DNA of 64,000 nt from an uncultured Spirochaetota bacterium (GTDB taxonomy: Bacteria; Spirochaetota; Spirochaetia; SZUA-6; CAVTHK01): positions 32,001-96,000 of the forward strand of contig CAVTHK010000007.1 of NCBI GenBank assembly GCA_963734495.1, written 5' to 3'. Below the pieces are notes generated by a model. The model made no database searches, was not told where the DNA came from, and was given only the letters and a program-made list of their open reading frames with translations. Positions 21,611 through 32,150 of this stretch are shown here, one piece after another. Both the position numbers and the translations under genes were made by a program. Numbering within the stretch: position 1 is the first letter of the stretch; every line of letters starts with the position of its first letter.

Positions 21611-21640
21611 TTGACAACGTCAGCGGGCGAGTGCTACGAT
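21611..21640 (+). promoter_or_regulatory. sigma70-type promoter
   Basis: TTGACA (21611-21616), 18-bp spacer, TGc-TACGAT extended -10 (21635-21640), upstream of ATG at 21681. Confidence 0.65.
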
Positions 21641-21680
21641 GCGTCGGCCGGGCGGCGCCTTCGGGCGCAGGGACGGGGAG

Positions 21681-23100
21681 ATGAGCGAGCCATTCATGGG
21701 GATCCAGATGGGGTCCCACACGGTGTTCGACGAGGACCTCGAGCGGATGCTCGACCTCCTGCAGGAGACGGCGGGCATCAACGCCGTCATCCCGTACGCC
21801 ACCACGTACGCGGACGTGATGAGGGGCCGCCTGCCCGGGGCGCTGGCGCCGGACCACGGAGTCACGCCGAAGGACCCGCGCACGCGCAACACGACCCGCG
21901 TCTGGTTCGAGCCGCACGAGCAGTACTACGCGGGAACGTTCCTGCGCCACGACACGGCGCGCAGGCAGGGCGAGCTCGCGGATCGCGACGTGTTCGCGAC
22001 CCTGGCCGAGCCGCTGCGGCGGAGGGGCATCAAGCTCTACGCCCGCATCCTCGAGGGGTCGTCCGGCGAGCTCGTGTCCCTGATCCCGAACTGGCCCGCG
22101 ATCCTGACCGTGGACGTGTACGGCCGCCTGACGCGCCTCCCCTGCTGGAACAACCCGGCATACCGCCGGTGGTGGCTCGGGACGGTCGAGGATCTTTTCA
22201 AGAGCTACCCTCTCGACGGGTTCAAGTACGGCTCCGAGCGCAGCGGTCCCCTGTCCAACGTCATCATGGGGACCCCTCACGGCGTCGCGGTCCCCGTCTG
22301 CTTCTGCGAGCACTGCCTGGCCCGAGGCCGGGCCAAAGGGATCGACGGAGAGCGGGCGCGCGAAGGGTTCCGCGGGCTTCACGAATTCCTCGCGAAGCGC
22401 GCGCCGGGGACCACGCCGCCGGATGGGGTGCTGGTGACTGTCCTGCGGTGGCTCCTGCGCTACCCGGAGATCCTCGCGTGGGAAAGCCTCTGGCACGAAT
22501 CCAAGGAGAGCCTGGCCCAGGCTGATGTACGGGGCGATCAAGAGCATCAACCCGCGGGCGCAGGTCGGCTGGCACGTCTATCACCAGGGGACCACGTGGG
22601 ACCCCATATACCGCGCGGCCACGGACTACAGCGCGATGGCGGAATACTCCGACTGGATCAAGCCGGTCGTCTATCACGACATCGCGGGGCCCCGCATCCG
22701 CGACTGGGGCGTGAGAGGCTGGAAGCAGAATACGCTCGCCGAGCTCTCCGAGCCGCAGATCCTCGACCTGATCTACGCAGTGATGGGCTACGACAGGGAC
22801 GTCGAGCCCGCGCTCGATGAGCTCATGACGAAGGGGCTGAGCCCGGACTACGTGTACAGGGAGACGCGCCGGTGCGTCGAGGCGGTCGCGGGCCGGATCC
22901 CCGTCTACCCGGGGCTCGGGTTCGACATCCCGTGGCAGCAGGACAACTTTCCGAGCGATCCCCGGACGGTCTACGATGCCGCGGTCAAGGCGTTCGAGGC
23001 GGGAGCCCGCGGCCTGATCGTCTCGCGGGAATACGACGAGATGAGGCTCGAGAACCTGCGCGCCGTCGGCAGGGCGGCGAAAGAGGCCCGGCTGCCATAA
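21681..23100 (+). CDS. hypothetical glycoside-hydrolase-like TIM-barrel protein (1 frameshift)
   Basis: CWNNPAYR...YPLDG, CFCEHC, DWIKPVVY and SREYDEM resemble uncharacterised GHL-type barrels. Shift near 22522. Confidence 0.6.
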
Positions 23101-23137
23101 GAGCCAAGCTCGCCCGCAGCAGCGGCGCGGCCTCCGC

Positions 23138-24409
23138 TCAGGCGTCCGTCTGCCCGTCTTCGGAGACCGCCTTGATCCGCCAGAGCTCCGGAACCCAGAT
23201 GCCGACGCCGGCCGCGAGCAGCACGCAGCTCGCTCCCATGATCGTGACGGCCCAGGGACCGCCGAGCACGGTCGCCAGGGCGCCGGCGAGGAGGCTGCCC
23301 ACGGGCATGAGGCCGCGGTTCAGCATGTACGTGCCCATCACCCGTCCGCGCAGGTTGTCGGGGGTCAGCATCTGCATCATGGTCTGGTCCTGCGAGGTGT
23401 AGGAGGCGTTGGAAAAGCCCGTAAGCAGGGCGAACGCCATCGACAGCCACAGGACCTGGGACCGCGAGAAGAGGACCAGGCTCACGCCGAACGCCGCGGC
23501 CGCGAGCACGAGCAGCTTCCCGCTGCCCTGTCTCTTGCCGAGGGACGCGACGGTCAGCGCCCCGCAGACTGCCCCGGCGCCGACCATCGTGAGGAGCAGG
23601 CCCTGCGTCGTCGCGTCCCCCTTGAGGACGCCCAGGGCAAACACAGGCATCAGGGTCGTGTACGGCATCCCGAGGAGGATGGGCGCCAGGGCGAGCGTCA
23701 TCAGCGCGAGGATCAGCCGGTGGGAGAGGATGTAGCGGAAGCCTTCGTTCGCGCTGCGGAAGATCGACCGCCCGGCAGATGCCGTCTCGGAGACGAGCGG
23801 CCGGAAGGCCCGCTTCGGCACCCTCATCTGCCCGGTCCAGAGCGTCGCGAACGCGTAGAAGCCGGCCTGGACGTAGTAGGACACGTCGACCCCGAACGCC
23901 TGGATGAGGATGCCGCACAGCGCGGGGCCGAGGCTCCGGCTCAGGTTGAAAGCCGCGGAGTTCAGGGCGATGGCGTTCATCAAGTGCTCGCGGCCGACCA
24001 GGTCGTTGATCAGCACCTGCCGCGCCGGCTGCTGGAACGCCTGCACCGTTCCCGCAAGGAACCCGGTGACGTAGACGTGCCAGACCTGGATGTGATTCGT
24101 CAGGATCAGGGTCGCGAGAATCAGGTTCAGGATGGCGTTGACCACCTGCGCGATGATGAGCTGCGCCTTGCGCCCGTAACGGTCGGCGACGACGCCGGCC
24201 ACCACGCCGAAGAACAGCAGCGGCGCCCCCCGCATCGCGCTCACCAGGCCGAGCTGCATCGCCGAGCCGGTCAGGGTGTAGATGAGCCAGCCGCGGGCGG
24301 CCTGGTCCATCCATTGGCCCATCGAGGTCGTCATCTGCCCCAGCCAGAGGAGCCGATAGTCTCTCAGCTTCAGCGAGCGGAAGGTTTGAAGCCCAACTGG
24401 CTGCCCCAC
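23138..24409 (-). CDS. MFS transporter (DHA3/transmembrane secretion effector-like)
   Basis: 12 predicted TM segments; GVVADRYGRK motif A; LRGRVMG. Confidence 0.9.
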   Translation of the reverse strand: MGQPVGLQTFRSLKLRDYRLLWLGQMTTSMGQWMDQAARGWLIYTLTGSAMQLGLVSAMRGAPLLFFGVVAGVVADRYGRKAQLIIAQVVNAILNLILATLILTNHIQVWHVYVTGFLAGTVQAFQQPARQVLINDLVGREHLMNAIALNSAAFNLSRSLGPALCGILIQAFGVDVSYYVQAGFYAFATLWTGQMRVPKRAFRPLVSETASAGRSIFRSANEGFRYILSHRLILALMTLALAPILLGMPYTTLMPVFALGVLKGDATTQGLLLTMVGAGAVCGALTVASLGKRQGSGKLLVLAAAAFGVSLVLFSRSQVLWLSMAFALLTGFSNASYTSQDQTMMQMLTPDNLRGRVMGTYMLNRGLMPVGSLLAGALATVLGGPWAVTIMGASCVLLAAGVGIWVPELWRIKAVSEDGQTDA

Positions 24410-24539
24410 GACGTGGCGATGCTAGGCTTCCGGTCCTATCGTGTCAACGGCTGCACCCCGCGGCGAGGCAAGAGGACGCCGGGCTTCGCGGAACGCGAGA
24501 CGCGCTCGCCCGGAAAACGCTAAATTGAACGGAGGCTCC

Positions 24540-27029
24540 ATGGGACCATTCAAGGCGGCCAGCTATCGCATCACGCTCGAGCCCGACCTCGAGACGTTCA
24601 CCTTTCGCGGCACGGTGACCCTCGAGGGCGAAATGGAGAGCGCAGGACGCGAGGTGCTTCTGAACGCCGCGGATCTCGACGTCAAGCGGTGCGTCGTCGC
24701 GGGGCGCGGGGCCCCCGAGCCGTGCGGCGTGACACTCAGAGATGCAGAGCAGCTGCTGGTCATCACGCTTCCCCGCGAGACTTCCGGGCGGCTCACCTTC
24801 ACCATGGACTTCGACGGGATTCTCAACGACCGCATGGCGGGGTTCTACCGCAGCCGCTATCGGCACGAGGGCGAGGACCGCTGGATCGCCGTGACGCAAT
24901 TCGAGGAGAACGACGCTCGACGCGCCTTCCCCTGCCAGGACCACCCTGCGAGAAAGGCGACGTTCGACGTCGAGCTGATCGTGGACCGGGACCTCATGGC
25001 CGTGTCCAACCAGCCGGTCCTCTCCGAGGAGCCTTCCGGAAATGGTAAAAAGAAGGTCACCTTCGCGCGCACTCCGCGCATGTCCACCTACCTGCTCTTC
25101 TTCGGCGTCGGCGCGTTCGAGGCGGCCGCGGACAAGACCGACCCGCGCGTGCGCGCCCTGACGGTTCCCGGCCTGATCCGCCAGGCGGGCTACGGCCTCG
25201 AGTTCGGGAGGCTCGCGCTGCGGTACTGCGAGAGCTACTTCCGCACGCCCTACCCGCTCGCCAAGCTCGACCTCCTCGCGGTTCCCGACTTCGCCTTTGG
25301 CGCGATGGAGAACTGGGGCGCGATCACGTTCCGCGAGAACCTGCTCCTGCGCGCCCCCGGGATCACGTCGCGCTCCGAAGAGCAGAGGATCTGCGAGGTC
25401 GTGGCGCACGAGATCGCCCACCAGTGGTTCGGCGACCTGGTCTCGCCGTCGGACTGGAAATACCTGTGGCTGAACGAAAGCTTCGCGACGCTGTTCGGCT
25501 ACCGCGTGGTGGACGCCGCTCACCCGGACTGGGGCGTCTGGGAGCAGTTCCTCGCGGGAAGCGCCGAGGGCGCGCTCGGGCGCGACGGCTACAGCGACGC
25601 GCCGGCCATCGAGATCGCGGGCGCCGAGCCGGTGGTGATCAACGCGTCCAACGCTCCCATCCTCTACGGGAAAGGCGCCTGCATCCTCAGGCAGATCGAG
25701 GGCTACATCGGGGGGGACGACTTCCGCTCGGGGCTCGCCCTCTACCTCCGCGACCACGCCTTTGGCAACGCGGGAAGCCGCGACCTCTGGGCCGCGTTCG
25801 AGACCGCCTCGAGCAAGCCGGTCACCGCCATGATGGAGAGCTGGATCGCGCAGCCCGGCTACCCGCTCGTCACCGTCGAGGGCGAAGGCCGCGAGCTCGT
25901 CCTCGGCCAGCGCCGTTTCTCGTACCTCCCGGCAGCCGGCTCGCAGCGCTGGGTCGTTCCCGTCAACGTCCTCCTCTTCGCCCGCGACGGGAGCGAGCGG
26001 CTCCTGCAGACAGTGCTGACCGAAGAGACGCAGGTCCTCCGGCTCGACGATGAGCCCTGGGCCTGCAAGGTGAACGCGGGCGAGACGGGCTTCTACAGGG
26101 TCCGCTACGGCCGGCACGAGAACCTGGAGCGCCTCGAGAGCCTGGCGGCGGCGAAGACGCTGCGACCCGAGGACCGTTGGGGCCTGCAGAACGACCTCTT
26201 CGCCCTCGTGCGCAGCGGTGAGGCCGACCTCGCGGAGTACCTGCGGCACCTCCGGGCGTACCGTGACGAGGACTCCTACCTTCCGGCCACCAGCATCGCG
26301 GAGAACCTCTTCCATGCCTGGCTCGTCGTGCGCCCAGGGGCCCGCGGCGGCGTCGCCCGCGCGGGCCTCGCGCTGCTCGAGCGGGTGCTGCGCGCCACGG
26401 GCATGGTGCCGCGGGAGGGCGAGCCGCTGACCACCTCCCTGCTCCGCAGCCGGGCCATGCTTCCCGCCGCCCTCTTCGGCTCGGCCGACGTCGCCGCGTT
26501 CGGCGCCGGCAGGCTCGAGCGGATGCTGCGCGGCGAGGGCCTCCCCGCAGACATCCGCGTGGCGGTCATGCAGGTCGGCGCCTGGGCGTCCGGGTCGCCG
26601 GTGCTGCGTCCGCTGCTGGACCTGTTCCGCTCTTCGGGCAGCGAGCAGGAGCGTCTCAACGTCCTGCACGCGCTCGGGTGGATGCAGGAGCGCGGCGATC
26701 TGGAGCAGGTGCTCGACTTCGCGCTGAAAGAGGTGCCGGGCCGCAACAAGTACGTCCCGATCGTCTCCGCGGCGGGGAATCCCCGCGCGGCCGACTGGAT
26801 GTGGGGCTGGTACCGCGACCGCCTCGAGGAGCTGGAGAAGCTGCACCGCATGCACCACGAGCGGGTGATCGCGTCGGTGGTGCCGCTGGCCGGCATGAGC
26901 CGCGCGGACGAAGTGGAGGCGTTCTTCCGGGACTACCTGCGCGACAAGCCCGAGCTGCGCGACGTCGTCAGGCTCTCACTGGAAAGGATGAAGGTGAACC
27001 TGCGCCTGCGCGAGCGCTCCGGCGGCTGA
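24540..27029 (+). CDS. M1 family zinc aminopeptidase (PepN / tricorn-interacting-factor-like, ERAP1-type C-terminus)
   Basis: TQFE..DARRAFPC, GAMENWG, HEIAHQWFG..WLNE; SD GGAGG upstream of ATG at 24540. Confidence 0.93.
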   Translation: MGPFKAASYRITLEPDLETFTFRGTVTLEGEMESAGREVLLNAADLDVKRCVVAGRGAPEPCGVTLRDAEQLLVITLPRETSGRLTFTMDFDGILNDRMAGFYRSRYRHEGEDRWIAVTQFEENDARRAFPCQDHPARKATFDVELIVDRDLMAVSNQPVLSEEPSGNGKKKVTFARTPRMSTYLLFFGVGAFEAAADKTDPRVRALTVPGLIRQAGYGLEFGRLALRYCESYFRTPYPLAKLDLLAVPDFAFGAMENWGAITFRENLLLRAPGITSRSEEQRICEVVAHEIAHQWFGDLVSPSDWKYLWLNESFATLFGYRVVDAAHPDWGVWEQFLAGSAEGALGRDGYSDAPAIEIAGAEPVVINASNAPILYGKGACILRQIEGYIGGDDFRSGLALYLRDHAFGNAGSRDLWAAFETASSKPVTAMMESWIAQPGYPLVTVEGEGRELVLGQRRFSYLPAAGSQRWVVPVNVLLFARDGSERLLQTVLTEETQVLRLDDEPWACKVNAGETGFYRVRYGRHENLERLESLAAAKTLRPEDRWGLQNDLFALVRSGEADLAEYLRHLRAYRDEDSYLPATSIAENLFHAWLVVRPGARGGVARAGLALLERVLRATGMVPREGEPLTTSLLRSRAMLPAALFGSADVAAFGAGRLERMLRGEGLPADIRVAVMQVGAWASGSPVLRPLLDLFRSSGSEQERLNVLHALGWMQERGDLEQVLDFALKEVPGRNKYVPIVSAAGNPRAADWMWGWYRDRLEELEKLHRMHHERVIASVVPLAGMSRADEVEAFFRDYLRDKPELRDVVRLSLERMKVNLRLRERSGG

Positions 27030-27040
27030 CCAGCCGCGTG

Positions 27041-27886
27041 TCAGCCGGCGGCGACCGGCTCCGGCTCGGCCTTCTGCGCGCTCGCGCGCTTCTCCGCGGC
27101 GAGGTCGATGATCGACTTCTGCGGGCACTTCGCCACGCAGATCGCGTGCATCCTGCACTTCGCGTAGTCGATGACCGCGAGGTTGTTCTTTACGACGATG
27201 GCCTGCTCGGGGCAGTTCTTCTCGCAGATCCTGCAGGCGGTGCAGGCCGTCGTGCAGACCTCCTTGGCCCTGCGAGCGCGGTCGAGGTTCGAGCACGCGA
27301 CCAGGACCTCCTGAGCGGCCGGAACCATCGAGATGATCTTTTTCGGACACGCGGCGATGCACTTCTTGCAGGCTTTGCACTTCTCCCTGTCGACGACCGC
27401 GATCCCCTCTTCGCTGAGATGGATGGCGTCGAAGGGGCAGACCTTGACGCAGCTCCCCATGCCCAGGCAGCCGTACGTGCAGGCCTTGTTCCCGCCGAAC
27501 TGCAGGGCGGCGGCCTGGCAGTCCTCCACTCCCACGTAGCGGAACCGCGTTCCGCACCGGCTCGTTCCCCCCTGGCAGGCGACGTACGCGACCTGGCGGG
27601 GGCCCGTCTCGACCGCGACGCCCATGATCTCGCCGAGCGCCTTTGCGACGGATTCGCCGCCGGCAACGCATCCGGTCGCCTCAGCCTTTCCCTCGAGCAG
27701 CGCGTCCGTCAGCCCCTGGCAGCCCGCAAAGCCGCAGGCGCCGCAGTTGGATCCGGGAAGCGCCGCGAGGATCTTCTCGGTCTTGGGATCGACCGTCACG
27801 TGGAAGCGGCGGAAGAAGGCCGCGAGCAGCACCGCGAACGCGGCGCCCAGGCCGCCCAGGACGAGTGTGGCGATGAGAATACTCAT
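27041..27886 (-). CDS. rnfB: Rnf complex subunit B
   Basis: N-terminal TM; LPGSNCGACGFAGC; several ferredoxin CxxCxxCxxxCP motifs. Confidence 0.93.
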   Translation of the reverse strand: MSILIATLVLGGLGAAFAVLLAAFFRRFHVTVDPKTEKILAALPGSNCGACGFAGCQGLTDALLEGKAEATGCVAGGESVAKALGEIMGVAVETGPRQVAYVACQGGTSRCGTRFRYVGVEDCQAAALQFGGNKACTYGCLGMGSCVKVCPFDAIHLSEEGIAVVDREKCKACKKCIAACPKKIISMVPAAQEVLVACSNLDRARRAKEVCTTACTACRICEKNCPEQAIVVKNNLAVIDYAKCRMHAICVAKCPQKSIIDLAAEKRASAQKAEPEPVAAG

Positions 27887-28476
27887 AGGCCAAAGAGTCC
27901 TTTGAACCCGAGGAATGACAGCGACATCAGGCTCGCCGTGATGAACGCGATGGGATAGCCCTTGAACGACCTGGGGACCGGAGCGAAGTCGATGACCTCG
28001 CGGATGGCGGAGAACATCACCAGCGCCAGGAAGTAGCCGCAGCTCACGCCGAGGGAGTAGATGATGCTCTTGAAGAGGTCGAGCTGGTAGTCGATCGCGA
28101 GAAACGCGGCCGCGAGCACCGCGCAGTTGACCACGATCAGCGGCAGGTAGATGCCGAGCGCCCGGTAGAGCACGGGCATGGTCTTGCGGATGAACATCTC
28201 CTCGAGCTGCACGAACGTGGCGATCGTCAGGATGAAGGCCGCCGTCCGCAGGTACACCAGGTCGAAGGGCACCAGAAGATAGTGGTAGACCAGCCAGGAT
28301 ACCGTCGTCGCCATGAACATGACGAACACGACGGCCGTGCCCATCCCGATCGAGGCATTCATGTTGTTCGAGATGCCGAAGAACGAGCAGAGCGCGATGA
28401 AGCGGATGACCAGGATGTTGTTGACCAGGAGGGCGCTCAGGAAGATCAGAAAGAAGCTCATGTCGTTGGAGATCAT
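27883..28476 (-). CDS. rnfA: Rnf complex subunit A
   Basis: LVNN..LC.FFG, LGIYLPLIVVNCAVL. Confidence 0.92.
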   Translation of the reverse strand: MISNDMSFFLIFLSALLVNNILVIRFIALCSFFGISNNMNASIGMGTAVVFVMFMATTVSWLVYHYLLVPFDLVYLRTAAFILTIATFVQLEEMFIRKTMPVLYRALGIYLPLIVVNCAVLAAAFLAIDYQLDLFKSIIYSLGVSCGYFLALVMFSAIREVIDFAPVPRSFKGYPIAFITASLMSLSFLGFKGLFGL

Positions 28477-28478
28477 GC

Positions 28479-29069
28479 TCAGCTCCTCTTGAACAGCCGG
28501 TTCTGCAGCGCCTGCAGGAACCCCATGACGAGAAAGGCGCCCGGCGGCAGGATCATGATGAGGAAGGGCTGGTAGCTCGCCGGTGCTACGACGCTGCCGA
28601 ACACCGTCCCGGCCCCGAGCAGCTCGCGGATCACCCCGATCAGCGTGATCACGAACGTAAAGCCGATCCCCATCCCGATGCCGTCCGCCAGCGAGTGGAG
28701 GACCTCGTTCTTGCTGGAGAACGCCTCCGCCCTCCCCATCACGATGCAGTTGACCACGATCAGCGGCACGAAGACGCCCAGCGACCGCGACAGCACCGGG
28801 CTGTAGGCCTTGAGCGAGTAGTCGACGATCGTCACGAAGGTCGAGATCACGGTGATGAACACGGGAATACGGATCTGGCCGGGCACCATCCTGCGGATGG
28901 CGGCGACGACCACGTTCGAGCAGATCATCACGAAGCTGAAGGCCAGGCCCATGCCGAGAGCATCCGTGGCGCTCGTCGACGTTGCCAGCGTGGCGCACAG
29001 GCCCAGCATGATGACGGTGATCGGGTTCTGCTTGATGAACCCCTTTGTGATCTCCTGAACGAGCGTCAT
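28479..29069 (-). CDS. rnfE: Rnf complex subunit E
   Basis: NP...LGLCATLA, IRIP, PLIVVNCIVMGRAEAF, LPPGAF. Confidence 0.93.
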   Translation of the reverse strand: MTLVQEITKGFIKQNPITVIMLGLCATLATSTSATDALGMGLAFSFVMICSNVVVAAIRRMVPGQIRIPVFITVISTFVTIVDYSLKAYSPVLSRSLGVFVPLIVVNCIVMGRAEAFSSKNEVLHSLADGIGMGIGFTFVITLIGVIRELLGAGTVFGSVVAPASYQPFLIMILPPGAFLVMGFLQALQNRLFKRS

Positions 29070-29599
29070 GATTTCGCCCCCTGTGTGATGCGCTCGACCG
29101 CCGAGCGGACCCCGTTCGTCACGGCGCGCGAGGAGATGGTCGCGGCCGTGATCGCGTCGACCTTGCCCGAGCCCGGATCGTCCTTTTTCAGCTTGAGGCT
29201 CGCCGCGTCCAGCCCGACGAACTGGCCCGAGAACGCCTCACCGGTGATCTTCGCTCCGAGCCCCGGCGTTTCCGTGTGGCTGAGCACGCGCAGGCCCGTG
29301 AGCCTGTTCTGTTCGTCGAGACCGAAGGCGATGGAGATCGGGCCGCTGTAGCCCTGCACGGAGATGATCTGCACCATCCCGGCCGGCTTGCCGCCGCGCA
29401 CGGCCTCCCACCGGACGCCCGCGTCGACCTCGCGGAAGTCGTCGGCGCCGGGCATCACCACGTGGAACGCCTCGCGCCGCTCGATCTCCGCCTGAGCGGC
29501 GATCGGAGCCCTGGTGACCATGTTGACCACGGCCAGCGCTCCGGCTGCGAGCCCGCACACGAGAAACAGGATCGAGCCCATCCGAGTCACGTCCCGCAT
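29066..29599 (-). CDS. rnfG: Rnf complex subunit G
   Basis: GYSGPI, HTETPGLG, VDAITAATISS FMN-binding motif. Confidence 0.92.
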   Translation of the reverse strand: MRDVTRMGSILFLVCGLAAGALAVVNMVTRAPIAAQAEIERREAFHVVMPGADDFREVDAGVRWEAVRGGKPAGMVQIISVQGYSGPISIAFGLDEQNRLTGLRVLSHTETPGLGAKITGEAFSGQFVGLDAASLKLKKDDPGSGKVDAITAATISSRAVTNGVRSAVERITQGAKS

Positions 29600-29601
29600 G
29601 A

Positions 29602-30570
29602 TCAAGCCTCCCTGGACGCCCGCCGCGTGCCGAACCGGCGCGGGACGACGAACCGCTCGATCATCAGGTTCACGCAGTTCATGAACAGGATCGAATAGCA
29701 GACCCCTTCGGGGAACCCTCCCCACGCGCGCACGAGGAAGGTCACGACCCCGCAGCCCAGGCCGAAGACCAGCTTGCCGCGCCTGGTCGTCGGCGACGTC
29801 ACCATGTCGGTGGCCATGAAGAAGGCGCCGAGGATGAGGCCGCCGGAGAGGACTTCGAGCAGCGGGTCGCGGCCGAAGATCCAGGAGAGGAGCGCCACGC
29901 TTCCGATGAAGGTCGCGGGGACGCGCCAGTCGATCAGCTTCAGAGCCAGGAGCAGCAGCGCGCCCGCGAGGAGAGCCACCTTGCAGGTTTCCCCGAGAGA
30001 TCCCGGAACCGCCCCGAGCAGCAGGTCGCGGTAGCCCCAGGGCGGCTGCGTCACGGCGCCGCCGCGGGCCGCCTCCTTGAGCATCCCCAGGAGCGAGGCG
30101 CTCGAGACCGCGTCGGCTCCCCAGCGTCCGAGCACAGGCAGGCTCCAGCTCGTCATGACCACCGGCCACGACGAAAGCAGAATGGCGCGCCCGGCGAGGG
30201 CCGGGTTGAAGATGTTGAACCCGAGCCCGCCGAAGAGCTGCTTGACCAGGAAGATGGCCATGATCGCGCCGATGGCGGCCATCCAGAGCGGGATGGTGAC
30301 CGGCAGCGTGAACGCGAGCAGGATCCCGGTGACCACGGCGCTCCCGTCGCGGATGGTGACCTCCTTTCGGAACACCATCTGCGAAATCGCCTCCGTCGCG
30401 ACCGAGACGACGACGCAGGTCGCGATCACGGCGAAGGCGCGGAGGCCGAAGATCCAGACCGAGGCGGCCGCCGCGGGGAGCAGCGCCAGGATCACGGTCC
30501 CCATGACCCGCATCGTGTTCGCGGGCGCGCGGGAATGGGGAAAGGACGAAACCACGTAGCTCTGCGACAT
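29602..30570 (-). CDS. rnfD: Rnf complex subunit D
   Basis: DGSAVVTG, KQLFGGLGFNIFNPAL, GSLGET, FFMATDMVTSP. Confidence 0.93.
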   Translation of the reverse strand: MSQSYVVSSFPHSRAPANTMRVMGTVILALLPAAAASVWIFGLRAFAVIATCVVVSVATEAISQMVFRKEVTIRDGSAVVTGILLAFTLPVTIPLWMAAIGAIMAIFLVKQLFGGLGFNIFNPALAGRAILLSSWPVVMTSWSLPVLGRWGADAVSSASLLGMLKEAARGGAVTQPPWGYRDLLLGAVPGSLGETCKVALLAGALLLLALKLIDWRVPATFIGSVALLSWIFGRDPLLEVLSGGLILGAFFMATDMVTSPTTRRGKLVFGLGCGVVTFLVRAWGGFPEGVCYSILFMNCVNLMIERFVVPRRFGTRRASREA

Positions 30571-30578
30571 GCCGGTAC

Positions 30579-31907
30579 TCACTTTTTCTGCTGCTTCGCT
30601 TGCGCCAGGTTCCACTTCGCGTGCCTGATGAGCTGGACCGTCGGCCTGTTCGACGAGCACACGTAGACGCAGGCGCCGCACTCGATGCAGTCGTAGACGC
30701 CCCAGGCCTCGGCCTCCGCGAAGGCGCCGCGCTCCGAGAGGCTCCCGAGCTTGTGCGGCACGAGGTACATCGGGCAGGCATCGACGCAGTTGCCGCACTT
30801 GACGCAGGGGCGGCTCGCCTCCTTGTCCGTGTCCTCCCGAAGCACGAGGATCCCGCTGGTCCCCTTGACGACCGGCACGTCGAGCGTGAACTGGGAGATC
30901 CCCATCATGGGGCCCCCCATGATCACCTTGAGCTCGCCGTCGAGCGCGATGCCGCCGGCCTGCTCGATCACTTCGGAGACCGATGTCCCGATGCGCACGA
31001 GCAGGTTCTGCGGCTCGCGCACCCCCGGGCCGCTGACCGTGACCACGCGGTCGATGAGCGGCTTGCCGAGGACGACGGCCTGGTACACGGCGCGGGCGGT
31101 CCCCACGTTCTGCACGAGGACGCCGACGTCGAACGGCAGGCCCCGGCTCGGGACCTCGCGGCCGAGGACCGCCTTGATGAGCTGCTTCTCGGCGCCCTGG
31201 GGGTACTTGACCTTGAGGCCGACCACCTGCACCCCGGGCTCGTCCGCGCACTGTTTCCTCAGGACGTCGATCGCGTCCGGCTTGTTCGCCTCGATGCAGA
31301 TGTACGCGCGCTCGACCGCGAGCACCTTGAGCAGGATCCTCATGCCCTCGAGGATCTCCTCCGGATGCTCGAGCATCAGGCGATGATCGCTCGTGAGGTA
31401 GGGCTCGCACTCGACGCCGTTCAGCAGGAGCGTATCGACCTTGCGCCCCTCGGGCGGGGAGAGCTTGATGTGCGTCGGGAACGCCGCGCCTCCCAGCCCG
31501 ACCACGCCCGCGGCCCGGATGCGCTCCTTGATCTCGTCGCGGCTCATCGCCCGCCAGTCCGCGTGGGACTCCCAGGCGGGCGCCTGCGGGGCTCCTCCGT
31601 CGCGCTCGATGACCACCGACGTGACGGGACGGGGGAACACCGGGTGGGCAGCGGGCTCGATGGCCGTGACCTTGCCCGAGATGGACGCGTGAACGGCCGC
31701 CGACAGCGGGGACTTCGACTCGCCGATCTTCTGCCCCGCCGTGACCAGGTCCCCGACGGCCACAGTCGGCTCGCAGGGCGCACCGGTGTGCTGGTGCAGC
31801 GGCACCACGACGCGGGCGGGCTCCGGCATCGAGCGGATCGGCTTCGCCTTGGTCAGTTCCTTGTGCCCGGGCGGATGCACTCCGCCTCGGAAGCTCTTAA
31901 GACGCAT
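30579..31907 (-). CDS. rnfC: Rnf complex subunit C
   Basis: FRGGVHP, GLGGAAFPT, NGVECEPYLTSD, KYPQGAEKQL, GGPMMG, two 4Fe-4S motifs. Confidence 0.95.
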   Translation of the reverse strand: MRLKSFRGGVHPPGHKELTKAKPIRSMPEPARVVVPLHQHTGAPCEPTVAVGDLVTAGQKIGESKSPLSAAVHASISGKVTAIEPAAHPVFPRPVTSVVIERDGGAPQAPAWESHADWRAMSRDEIKERIRAAGVVGLGGAAFPTHIKLSPPEGRKVDTLLLNGVECEPYLTSDHRLMLEHPEEILEGMRILLKVLAVERAYICIEANKPDAIDVLRKQCADEPGVQVVGLKVKYPQGAEKQLIKAVLGREVPSRGLPFDVGVLVQNVGTARAVYQAVVLGKPLIDRVVTVSGPGVREPQNLLVRIGTSVSEVIEQAGGIALDGELKVIMGGPMMGISQFTLDVPVVKGTSGILVLREDTDKEASRPCVKCGNCVDACPMYLVPHKLGSLSERGAFAEAEAWGVYDCIECGACVYVCSSNRPTVQLIRHAKWNLAQAKQQKK

Positions 31908-32150
31908 GCCCTCACCTCTCGGAAACAGGCTTGCCGGGCGTAGTTAATTTCGTTCCGGCCTCGACGTCGCCGGCGGCGCGGACCGCCGTGCACCGCGGCC
32001 CGCGCGCACTTTCCGGGTGGACGCGCATCGCCGGCCGCTCTGGCCGGCGCATGATCTCATGCGCGCGACCATTTGGTCAACGTGTACGAAACGCGAGGAT
32101 TGCATGCGATCTCGAGCCGCGGCGCAAGGCGGCCCGGGGACGGCGCGCGA

